IMG/VR virus record: IMGVR_UViG_3300047557_002530
Length of the DNA: 64,000 nucleotides
Source of the DNA: a virus
Lineage: Duplodnaviria > Caudoviricetes
Strand: one strand, 5' to 3'
Shown: piece after piece, positions 1 through 7,028 of the stretch
Layout: each line of letters opens with the position of its first letter
How positions within the stretch are numbered: position 1 is the first letter of the stretch
Position numbers and translations under genes: made by a program
Notes under the pieces: generated by a model
Told to the model about the DNA's origin: nothing
Databases searched by the model: none
The model's input: only the letters and a program-made list of their open reading frames with translations

Positions 1-153
1 CAAGAAGAATATGTGGGAAAAATATATGATCTAGATATGTGTTGTTATAATGAAGTGAATGATGATACTGTATGTGATTGTTTAGTCCAAGAGATTATCA
101 ATCAATCAGGTTTATGTATTAACCTGATTGACTTCCGTTACATCCTTTTCTGA
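1..153 (+). CDS. 3' end of hypothetical protein (partial)
   Basis: Frame 1 is open from base 1 to TGA at 151-153 (QEEYVGKIYDLDMCC...FRYILF), directly before the next ORF. Confidence 0.4.
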   Translation, partial: QEEYVGKIYDLDMCCYNEVNDDTVCDCLVQEIINQSGLCINLIDFRYILF

Positions 154-162
154 GATTACAAA

Positions 163-483
163 ATGAACGCACAACTTTCGATTGGCGAATGCAAAGTAAT
201 GTGGGTTGTTGGTGCATTGGAACGACTTGCAACTCTTGGTTTGATTGGTCCTGATATTCCTCTGCGACTTTCTGCTAGTGCAGTGGAAGATTATATTCAA
301 ATTGATGAGCACAGGGAGCATCTGTTTGAATCTGATTTTGAAATCATCAATATCTTTACTGAACTTGCTGATACTGAAGATCAAGATCCCGATCAAATTA
401 AACCTATCATTGAACTGCTGATGCAATACAAAAACAATCGTACTGATATTGTAAGGTATGCACTCTCGCACCAACTCACCTGA
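163..483 (+). CDS. hypothetical phage protein
   Basis: 106-aa ORF closely packed with its neighbours on the coding strand. Confidence 0.7.
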   Translation: MNAQLSIGECKVMWVVGALERLATLGLIGPDIPLRLSASAVEDYIQIDEHREHLFESDFEIINIFTELADTEDQDPDQIKPIIELLMQYKNNRTDIVRYALSHQLT

Positions 484-491
484 TTAAAATA

Positions 492-1085
492 ATGCGTCCG
501 AATCTCCAAAAAGTTGTTACTCTCTTTCAACCAGATGTTGATGGTTATTCTGATTGGGTAAGTATTGCTGATGTCCGAAATGTAGGATTGCGTTGGAGTG
601 ATAATGGCAATGCCCGAAGGGGTATTGCCTTTGGGGTGAGTGAATATAATTGGGAGTTCAAGCGAGTGAATAATCGTCGCATTGTTGAAATGCGACTGAA
701 TGGATATAATCAATCTGCTGCATTTAATCAACGTATTCGCAAAGATATTGTTGATGAACTTCGCCAACAAACTAGATCTAACTTTGCTCCTAATTGTATA
801 ATTCCTCTAGTTGATAATGACAAAGAAATAGATCATCGCTGGGGTAGAAAAGATCATCCAAAATATGAATACATCAATGATGTAAATAATCAGAGTATTG
901 ATGATTTTCAACTACTTTCACATAGTCATAATCAATTCAAACGAGAGCAATGTGTGAAATGTAAGAATACTAACCTACGATTTTTACCACCAAACAATCA
1001 AGTATTTAAGATTGGTTGCGAAAAATGGGAAAATGAGGTAGGATGTATGGGGTGTCCTCTTGCTCAACCTGAACTGTATCGGTAA
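492..1085 (+). CDS. NlaIII/IceA1-like HNH-type restriction endonuclease
   Basis: Motif string RLNGYN, FNQRIRKDI, EIDHRWGRKD, DFQLL, N..KR..C..CK.TN and GC.GC...P..YR matches the NlaIII/IceA1 family as I recall it. Confidence 0.75.
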   Translation: MRPNLQKVVTLFQPDVDGYSDWVSIADVRNVGLRWSDNGNARRGIAFGVSEYNWEFKRVNNRRIVEMRLNGYNQSAAFNQRIRKDIVDELRQQTRSNFAPNCIIPLVDNDKEIDHRWGRKDHPKYEYINDVNNQSIDDFQLLSHSHNQFKREQCVKCKNTNLRFLPPNNQVFKIGCEKWENEVGCMGCPLAQPELYR

Positions 1086-1090
1086 ATCTT

Positions 1091-1615
1091 ATGACATTAG
1101 ACAGTGGAAAACTAATGTATTCCGCAGGGAATAATGATGAGTGCTACACGCCGAAATATGGCGTGACGCCAATTCTTAAATATATCTCTGAAAATGCGAT
1201 TGTCTGGTGTCCATTTGATACTGCAGAGAGTGAGTTTGTTAAACAAATTTCTGAGCAAAATCAAGTTATTTACACGCATATCTCATTTGGACAAGATTTT
1301 CTCACATTCACACCTAAGTTTGAGTGGGATGTAATTGTATCCAATCCACCATTCACAAATAAGCGTAAGTTTTTTGAGAGAGCATTATCATTTGAGAAAC
1401 CATTTGCATTGATTATGACTAATACTTGGTTGAATGATAGTGCTCCAAAACAGTTATTCAAGGACAAAGACTTGCAACTATTGATGTTCGATAAGAGAAT
1501 GAAATTCAATAGTCCTGATGGTAGGGCAAATGATAAAATTACTTTTAGTAGTAGTTATTATTGCTGGAACTTTTTGCCGAAGCAGATCATAATGGAAGAA
1601 CTGGAGATAAAGTGA
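1091..1615 (+). CDS. small phage-type DNA N6-adenine methyltransferase
   Basis: DECYTP, VWCPFD (SAM-binding region) and VSNPPF (catalytic motif IV); 174 aa. Confidence 0.8.
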   Translation: MTLDSGKLMYSAGNNDECYTPKYGVTPILKYISENAIVWCPFDTAESEFVKQISEQNQVIYTHISFGQDFLTFTPKFEWDVIVSNPPFTNKRKFFERALSFEKPFALIMTNTWLNDSAPKQLFKDKDLQLLMFDKRMKFNSPDGRANDKITFSSSYYCWNFLPKQIIMEELEIK

Positions 1616-1622
1616 AGTCCTT

Positions 1623-1644
1623 GTGCCACTTGTACTGGTGGCAC
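1623..1644. promoter_or_regulatory. GTGCCAC-N8-GTGGCAC inverted repeat upstream of an early-type gene module
   Basis: Perfect 7-bp inverted repeat in an intergenic gap; related TGGCAC words occur near 4553 and 4694. Confidence 0.45.
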
Positions 1645-1736
1645 ACTAAAAGAGCACAGGGTCCAAATTGTGGTATTCTTAAAGGGTGGAGGGAGCAGGT
1701 CGCACTGTCCCACCTAAGTCCCATTGTTTATTCTTT

Positions 1737-2309
1737 ATGACTTCTTTCACTGTTGTTAAAAAGGGCGAAGAGATTCAGTTTGATTCTTCTTTTGCTGATC
1801 TGAATGAAGCAAAAGAATATCTGAGTCAGCATATGTCTTTTAATGACTTTGCAATGCAACTGGTGGAGAAAAAGAAACTCTCCGAAAAGCAAGTTGCTTG
1901 GGTTCACTATCTTGCAACTCAAAGTGTAATTGATTCTCAAACTCCTGTTGAGTTTGGTCCTTACAAGCAACTTGTGAATAAGATGTATGACACAATGACT
2001 GCTAAAAAGTTTCAGGTGCGACTGCCTGGAATGACTCTAAGCACTGTGAATAAAGGTGCTAACATTGGTTGTGTTTATGTCTTCGAGAACAACAACTATG
2101 TTGGTAAGATTACTTCTACTGGTGATCTGAAAGGTAATGCCAGTGAAGATGTACTGAATATGCTAGAAGATGCAAATGACAATCTTCTGCAACTGGCAAA
2201 GATTTATGGTCATCAGACTGGCACTTGTTCGATTTGTGCTCGCACTCTGAATGATCCTCTCTCCGTGCAAATGGGAATTGGTCCTGTTTGCGCCAAGCGC
2301 CTTGCCTAG
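1737..2309 (+). CDS. DUF6011-like protein with C-terminal Zn-binding motif
   Basis: C-terminus CSICARTLNDPLSVQMGIGPVCAKR. ATG 1737 is preferred over GTG 1686, which lies in promoter-like sequence. Confidence 0.7.
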   Translation: MTSFTVVKKGEEIQFDSSFADLNEAKEYLSQHMSFNDFAMQLVEKKKLSEKQVAWVHYLATQSVIDSQTPVEFGPYKQLVNKMYDTMTAKKFQVRLPGMTLSTVNKGANIGCVYVFENNNYVGKITSTGDLKGNASEDVLNMLEDANDNLLQLAKIYGHQTGTCSICARTLNDPLSVQMGIGPVCAKRLA

Positions 2310-2344
2310 TTCTTATTCATCTGTCCCACATAACAACAACTCCA

Positions 2345-2593
2345 ATGTTTGATCAACTTGAATTCAAAGCACATCCCATTCCTGGTGCAGTTCAAGGAAC
2401 ATATAAGTTTCACAATGGATGGAGTATTTCTGTTGTTTCTGGACTTCCTGGTAGTGGATTATATGGTAATGTGACGGATAATACTTATGAAGTTGCAATT
2501 TATCGCCCAAATGGAAATATGACTGAAGATGTAATTGGATGGAATACTAAGCAAGAAGTAAATGCAATGATGAAAGTTCTGGTACATCTCTGA
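2345..2593 (+). CDS. hypothetical phage protein
   Basis: ATG 2345 lies within track ORF 2288..2593 and avoids overlap with the upstream gene. Confidence 0.65.
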   Translation: MFDQLEFKAHPIPGAVQGTYKFHNGWSISVVSGLPGSGLYGNVTDNTYEVAIYRPNGNMTEDVIGWNTKQEVNAMMKVLVHL

Positions 2594-2604
2594 GGAAAAC
2601 AAAA

Positions 2605-2823
2605 ATGTCTAAAACTCATCGCAACTACGGCAATCATTATGTTTATCGCAAACCAAAAACATTCAATGAGCGCAAACAGTTAGAAACAATGTTGCACGAT
2701 GATGAAGTACAACTGACTAATCGAGAAAAGGCAAAAGTCAATAATCTTCCCACTGTTTATGATGATATTGTGAAGAGTGGATTTTATGAGGAATATAACT
2801 GGAAGCACTATTGGGATTGTTAA
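2605..2823 (+). CDS. hypothetical phage protein
   Basis: 72-aa ORF preceded by GAGG. Confidence 0.65.
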   Translation: MSKTHRNYGNHYVYRKPKTFNERKQLETMLHDDEVQLTNREKAKVNNLPTVYDDIVKSGFYEEYNWKHYWDC

Positions 2824-2906
2824 ATCCTCAAACGAGTTTGCCACTCGCTTATGGGACACCAAGGGATACATCAGGGATTCTGATGGGTAGAACAACCGTA
2901 AACCCC

Positions 2907-2936
2907 TTGACAAACCCCCTTGGTCCATGGTAGACT
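2907..2936 (+). promoter_or_regulatory. sigma70-type early promoter
   Basis: TTGACA-18 nt-TAGACT, followed by GAGG and a run of small ORFs. Confidence 0.7.
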
Positions 2937-2960
2937 GAACGGAGTTCAGAGGATGAGACA

Positions 2961-3134
2961 GTGACTACCGCACAACGGATGGAAAAAAAGTTTTTCATTA
3001 ACTTCATTCAACTTGTTAATGAAGTACAAAATGCAAAAACTATTCTTCCTTCTCAAGTTCGCAATCGCAAATCTGCATGGGTTAAGCAAGTTCAAAATCC
3101 CAAGCAAAAAGCAGATGCACTCTCTCGCGTTTAA
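2961..3134 (+). CDS. small hypothetical protein (57 aa, GTG start)
   Basis: Hand-translated open frame after GAGG, downstream of the promoter. Confidence 0.5.
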   Translation: MTTAQRMEKKFFINFIQLVNEVQNAKTILPSQVRNRKSAWVKQVQNPKQKADALSRV

Positions 3135-3169
3135 GTTTTAATTCTCTCAACAAACAAAACAAACAATTC

Positions 3170-3337
3170 ATGATGACTTTTTCCGAAGCAATTCAATCTC
3201 TTCCTTCTTTCATTTCTGAGATGCAAGCAGATTGGGAAATGGTTTATGATTGGATGATTGATATGTGTGAAATTGCTGAGTTCAGTGATGAAGAAAATGC
3301 TGAACTTGCAATTACTTACGCACAATATGCTGACTGA
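3170..3337 (+). CDS. small acidic hypothetical protein (55 aa)
   Basis: MMTFSEAIQSLPSF...YAQYAD, hand-translated. Confidence 0.55.
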   Translation: MMTFSEAIQSLPSFISEMQADWEMVYDWMIDMCEIAEFSDEENAELAITYAQYAD

Positions 3338-3375
3338 GTTTTAATTCTCTCATTCACCAACACTCAACAAACAAA

Positions 3376-3537
3376 ATGATTATCAAGTACACTTTCGACA
3401 TTGAAACTCAACAACCTGCATATGCAATTTGTAATGAGAATCACCAATGTGGTTTTGTGACTTATGATATGACAAAAGCAATCAAAGCAGCACAATGTAA
3501 AAACTTCGATCAAGTTCAACAACTCATCAATGCCTGA
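3376..3537 (+). CDS. small hypothetical protein (53 aa)
   Basis: Hand-translated; TGA-A-ATG junction to the next ORF. Confidence 0.55.
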   Translation: MIIKYTFDIETQQPAYAICNENHQCGFVTYDMTKAIKAAQCKNFDQVQQLINA

Positions 3538-3538
3538 A

Positions 3539-3697
3539 ATGACTGAAATGTACGAAGTTACTTATCAGATTCCTTACAACGATTGTGAGTGGAGAAGTCA
3601 ATACTTTAATACTAAAGATGAAGCAGAGAGAATGCTAGAGTTCTACAAATCTTGTGGTTCGCCTGCTAAACTGTATGAACGTAAAGTAAGTAACTGA
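3539..3697 (+). CDS. small hypothetical protein (52 aa)
   Basis: Hand-translated; TGAAATG junctions on both sides. Confidence 0.55.
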   Translation: MTEMYEVTYQIPYNDCEWRSQYFNTKDEAERMLEFYKSCGSPAKLYERKVSN

Positions 3698-3698
3698 A

Positions 3699-3881
3699 AT
3701 GATTTCTCTTCCTAATCCAATGATTGATTCTGTTACATTACATTCTGCTCTTGTTGAACTTTGTAAAGAGGATCAGAAAGTTCTTCAACAACTATTAGAT
3801 GAGTATATAAGTTCATTGAATACTGATGAACTTAATCGACTTGAAGATTTCATTGTTAATTACTACCGATTCAGCACTTGA
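3699..3881 (+). CDS. small hypothetical protein
   Basis: 60-aa ORF; its 3' end is affected by a local duplication. Confidence 0.55.
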   Translation: MISLPNPMIDSVTLHSALVELCKEDQKVLQQLLDEYISSLNTDELNRLEDFIVNYYRFST

Positions 3882-3918
3882 TCTTTTCGGTCTTGAAGAT
3901 TTCATTGTTAATTACTAC
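3840..3918 (+). repeat. 27-bp exact direct repeat
   Basis: CTTGAAGATTTCATTGTTAATTACTAC at 3840-3866 and 3892-3918. Confidence 0.9.
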
Positions 3919-4003
3919 GATTGATGAAACTGAAAACTAAAATCAATCTATTGTCAAAAGCAATCAACGGCAAAGAACTTCTTATTATTCTTAATTCACT
4001 GAA

Positions 4004-4204
4004 ATGATTCTTCTTCAAAAACAAGATTACGGTTGCATCTTTACTCTTGACCCTGATTCAAAAGAATTGTATTATGCTCCCATCTATCAAAACAACACTG
4101 TAAATCTAAATGAATTTGCACCTGTTGATCTTGCTGATGTAGATGATGAGTATGATGTACTCTCTATTCAACAAGAACTGATTCAACTTACTCTTAACAA
4201 CTGA
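4004..4204 (+). CDS. small hypothetical protein
   Basis: 66-aa ORF whose stop overlaps the next start. Confidence 0.6.
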   Translation: MILLQKQDYGCIFTLDPDSKELYYAPIYQNNTVNLNEFAPVDLADVDDEYDVLSIQQELIQLTLNN

Positions 4205-4338
4205 TGAACGATTCTACACTTGATCTTTTCTGTCAGCACGAAGATGAAGCATTTGCTGATGAATATGCAATGGAATTAGAAAGGAAAGCAGCAGAGTTAG
4301 AAATTACTGTTGATTATTATATGATGGAGTTTATTTGA
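4204..4338 (+). CDS. small acidic hypothetical protein (44 aa)
   Basis: MNDSTLDLFCQHEDEAFADEYAMELERKAAELEITVDYYMMEFI; TGATG overlap with the upstream ORF. Confidence 0.55.
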   Translation: MNDSTLDLFCQHEDEAFADEYAMELERKAAELEITVDYYMMEFI

Positions 4339-4387
4339 TATAATGATAGTGTTATATTAAATAAATGTATTAAAAAACATATATGAG

Positions 4388-4430
4388 TTTTCAACAAGTC
4401 TGTGGAAAACGTTGTTGAATATGTGGAAAA
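4388..4430. promoter_or_regulatory. cluster of DnaA-box-like 9-mers
   Basis: TTTTCCACA on the minus strand at 4401-4409 and 4422-4430; degenerate copies at 4388-4396 (TTTTCAACA, +) and 4413-4421 (-). Confidence 0.45.
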
Positions 4431-4438
4431 CTATGTTT

Positions 4439-4475
4439 AATGTCTATAAATGTCTATAAATGTCTATAAATGTCT
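4439..4475 (+). repeat. AT-rich tandem repeat (AATGTCTATA) x3.7
   Basis: Exact 10-bp units start at 4439, 4449 and 4459, with a partial unit at 4469. Confidence 0.95.
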
Positions 4476-4501
4476 CAGAGTCTTGTGATCTTGGATTCTG
4501 T

Positions 4502-4530
4502 ATTATAACACAACAGCACTGTTTTGTCAA
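4502..4530 (-). promoter_or_regulatory. consensus sigma70 promoter on the minus strand
   Basis: Reverse complement reads TTGACA-aaacagtgctgttgtgt (17 nt)-TATAAT with an extended -10 TG. Confidence 0.75.
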
Positions 4531-4605
4531 TACCCCGCCGCCACTCAAAAAACTGGCACAAGGCGATAATTATAAAACAGTATAACACTATTGTTATATG
4601 TTATG

Positions 4606-4646
4606 AAACCCGTGAGACTCAGTATTTTTATGAGTCTCACGGGTTT
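4606..4646. terminator. perfect 16-bp inverted repeat (terminator or cruciform)
   Basis: AAACCCGTGAGACTCA, 9-nt loop, TGAGTCTCACGGGTTT, then a T-rich tail. Confidence 0.65.
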
Positions 4647-4899
4647 TTCTTTATGTACCTGTAAGACTCACGCGACGCAAACCACACAGAAAAGTGGCAC
4701 TTGGTCTCATGAGTCTTGCAAAATCGGATGTAGACTGTTAGGGCGGTAAGAGGGAGGGAAGATCATAAGAATCCCCCACACACTGGGTAATACTTATAAA
4801 CACTCCCAGACATACCTATATGCCCCTAGAAGGCGCTTATAATTACTTTTAGGTGTCTTCATACCTTATAGCACCTATTTTAAGTTTTGAAAAAACTTG

Positions 4900-4907
4900 T
4901 ATAAATA
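4900..4907 (+). promoter_or_regulatory. T4-type late promoter
   Basis: Exact TATAAATA in non-coding DNA. Confidence 0.55.
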
Positions 4908-5084
4908 AATCACCTATTCAAATTCAATAGAGCAGCTCTTGAACTTTCCTACGGGACCAAAAGGTAACAATCTGACAGAAAGAGAATAGAATTATAACAC
5001 ATTGATGGTTTATATGAAAGGCGAACAGGGTTTAACTATAGGTTTCCCAATGTGCCAAATGCCCGATGAAGAATATCAAACTCC

Positions 5085-5394
5085 TTCGTGATTAGGTGCT
5101 TTCCGTGCCATTGAATTACTTACAATCAATTGCTAAACATAAGAATCAAAAGTTCTTTCGTGTTTAGATAGATTTCGTATGGCTTTTTATAATATCAAAC
5201 AATCACTGAGATAACAACTCAAAGTTTGTTCGTGATTAGATAAGATTCGTACAGAGAATTTATATTTCACCACACTCATCAGAATGTCTTTAAGAATTCA
5301 TTCGTGATTAGATAAGATTCGTATTGATATTGATTCTGATAAACATTTACATGCATTTGTACTTGAAGATGATTCGTTTATAATCAGAGTTCGT
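5085..5394 (+). repeat. five-unit array, exact 72-bp period, core TTCGT-N12-TTCGT
   Basis: Cores start at 5085, 5157, 5229, 5301 and 5373; consensus TTCGTGATTAGATAAGATTCGT; about 50 nt of divergent sequence between cores. Confidence 0.85.
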
Positions 5395-5407
5395 TGTAGG
5401 GAATAAC

Positions 5408-5436
5408 TTGACAGTCAATATAAGGTCTGGTAGAAT
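5408..5436 (+). promoter_or_regulatory. sigma70-type promoter
   Basis: TTGACA-17 nt-TAGAAT; the -35 sits within the palindrome TTGACAGTCAA. Confidence 0.75.
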
Positions 5437-5469
5437 TAAGTCCGTAGAGTTTATTCGTTCTTCCGTCTT

Positions 5470-5643
5470 ATGGCAACTTCTTCTCTCACAGCACAGTCAC
5501 AAAAGAACAAGTATCGTATTACGTTAGAATTAAACGTGAATGAAGATTTTAATCCTCATCAGATTGATTGGAGTAAACTCTTTGATCTTGATCGTAACGA
5601 ACACGTTAAGAGTTACGTAGAAGATCTATCTACTCGCTGGTAA
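5470..5643 (+). CDS. small hypothetical protein (57 aa)
   Basis: MATSSLTAQSQKNKYRITLELNVNEDFNPHQIDWSKLFDLDRNEHVKSYVEDLSTRW, directly downstream of the promoter. Confidence 0.65.
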   Translation: MATSSLTAQSQKNKYRITLELNVNEDFNPHQIDWSKLFDLDRNEHVKSYVEDLSTRW

Positions 5644-5781
5644 TTATTAATACTTAATACCAGTAAGAAACATCGTCTTATAGATGTTTCGTTCATTCTT
5701 TATATACAGTGTTACCTAATAAGAATTAAGTTGTCTGATTATTCTTCTGATTTCGGGCAACTTAATTCTTTATTCTTATTA

Positions 5782-5976
5782 TTATTCGTTGTTAATTGAC
5801 AGCAGTTAGTATAAAGAATAGGTAATTCTTATTATATAAGTAGACAATTTTCGTGCTACTAGTATAAACAATTCGTTGTTTTATTCTAATAGCACAGTGA
5901 TTGGGGGGGCAGTTAGTATAAAATAGACGAATAATAATAGTTATTCGTTGTCAGTTGTTTATTCGTGTTAGCAGTT
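5782..5976 (+). repeat. dispersed short direct repeats
   Basis: GCAGTTAGTATAAA at 5802 and 5909; ATTCGTTG at 5784, 5871 and 5943; ATTCGTG at 5961. Confidence 0.7.
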
Positions 5977-6134
5977 ATTTTAATTAATTGTTTATTGTTT
6001 ATATTTTGCGTTGCCCCCCGTTTATAAAAATCGATAAGTCCCTAACCTACAGTGTATGTCTTTTTCGATCTCTATATCACTCTCATAAAAAAAAAATTTC
6101 CCAGAAAAAAATAACCTCAAAAAGAGCAAATAAA

Positions 6135-6275
6135 ATGAAACAACGCCCATATTGGAGTTTCTGGAAAGTAGTCTTTGCTGGGTATCTGATACGTTATCCG
6201 GGGAAAATTCTGAAAATTTTTGGCGTTCCTCTTGGAATTCTACTAGTCATAATATATAATGCAGCGAACAAATAA
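6135..6275 (+). CDS. small membrane protein (46 aa)
   Basis: MKQRPYWSFWKVVFAGYLIRYPGKILKIFGVPLGILLVIIYNAANK is hydrophobic; ATG 6135 lies within track ORF 5988..6275. Confidence 0.55.
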   Translation: MKQRPYWSFWKVVFAGYLIRYPGKILKIFGVPLGILLVIIYNAANK

Positions 6276-6297
6276 AAATTTTCCGAAAAATTTTTTT

Positions 6298-6498
6298 ATG
6301 AAAAATCAAGAAAAGATATATCACATATATGCAAAGGATAAGTGCATATATCACAGTCTTTCAGAGGAAAAATTTTCTGAGACCTGGGAGATGTTGCACA
6401 GGATGGTTGATTTGCTTGGGAAGGGCATTGAAAAAGATGATTTACAGTACGAATCTTTGTTTGTGAATAAAGAGGTCGTATTAAATTCTTCTCATTGA
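6298..6498 (+). CDS. small conserved-type cyanophage hypothetical protein
   Basis: MKNQEKIYHIYAKDKCIYHSL...; ATG 6298 lies within track ORF 6259..6498. Confidence 0.6.
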   Translation: MKNQEKIYHIYAKDKCIYHSLSEEKFSETWEMLHRMVDLLGKGIEKDDLQYESLFVNKEVVLNSSH

Positions 6499-6524
6499 CA
6501 ATCGACTATATACAGTGTTAAAAT
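6495..6524 (+). promoter_or_regulatory. sigma70-type promoter
   Basis: TTGACA-18 nt-TAAAAT with an extended -10 TG. Confidence 0.65.
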
Positions 6525-6547
6525 TGAAATGAAGGTTTATTAACTTT

Positions 6548-7024
6548 ATGCTTTTGTTGGATAGATTTTATGACAAATTGCCAGATATTCTCGATGAAGA
6601 ATCTTGTTGGGAATGGAAAGGAGCAATAGATAGGTATGGATATGGTGCTTTTTCTATTGGAAAAAAGACAGTAAAAGCGCACAGGATATCATACGAAGTT
6701 TTCTATGCAGAACCACTGAATGATCTTTTATGCTTACATAAATGCGACAATCGTAGATGTGTAAATCCTCAACATCTATTTGCAGGAACAAATCTCGATA
6801 ATATGAGAGATAAAGTTCAGAAAAATAGATGTTATAGTGGAGACCAAAAGGGAGAAAATAATGGGGCATCAAAACTTACTGACAATCAGGTAAGAGAAAT
6901 TAGACAATTGTATAATTCTGGAAAATATACAAAATCAAAACTTGGAAAAATGTATAAAGTCCATCGAACTACAATTTATTATATTGTAAATAAAAAAACT
7001 TATAAGCCTATCTTGGAGGGTTAA
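6548..7024 (+). CDS. free-standing HNH homing endonuclease with C-terminal HTH
   Basis: CWEWKG..YG, AHRISY, LHKCDNRRCVNPQHL..GTNLDNMRD (HNH_3-type); C-terminal LTDNQVREIR...LGKMYKVHRTTIYYIV HTH. Confidence 0.9.
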   Translation: MLLLDRFYDKLPDILDEESCWEWKGAIDRYGYGAFSIGKKTVKAHRISYEVFYAEPLNDLLCLHKCDNRRCVNPQHLFAGTNLDNMRDKVQKNRCYSGDQKGENNGASKLTDNQVREIRQLYNSGKYTKSKLGKMYKVHRTTIYYIVNKKTYKPILEG

Positions 7025-7028
7025 ATCA

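Noticed and set aside
5085-5394. Calling the 72-bp array a canonical CRISPR or TIGR array
   Set aside because: The repeats are degenerate and non-palindromic, no cas or Nop-domain gene is in the window, and no clear box C/D pattern is present. Kept as an unexplained array.
4340-6130. tRNA or tmRNA genes in the non-coding region
   Set aside because: No cloverleaf with a T-loop GTTCRA or a tag-peptide layout was found by eye; tRNAscan-SE or ARAGORN would settle it.
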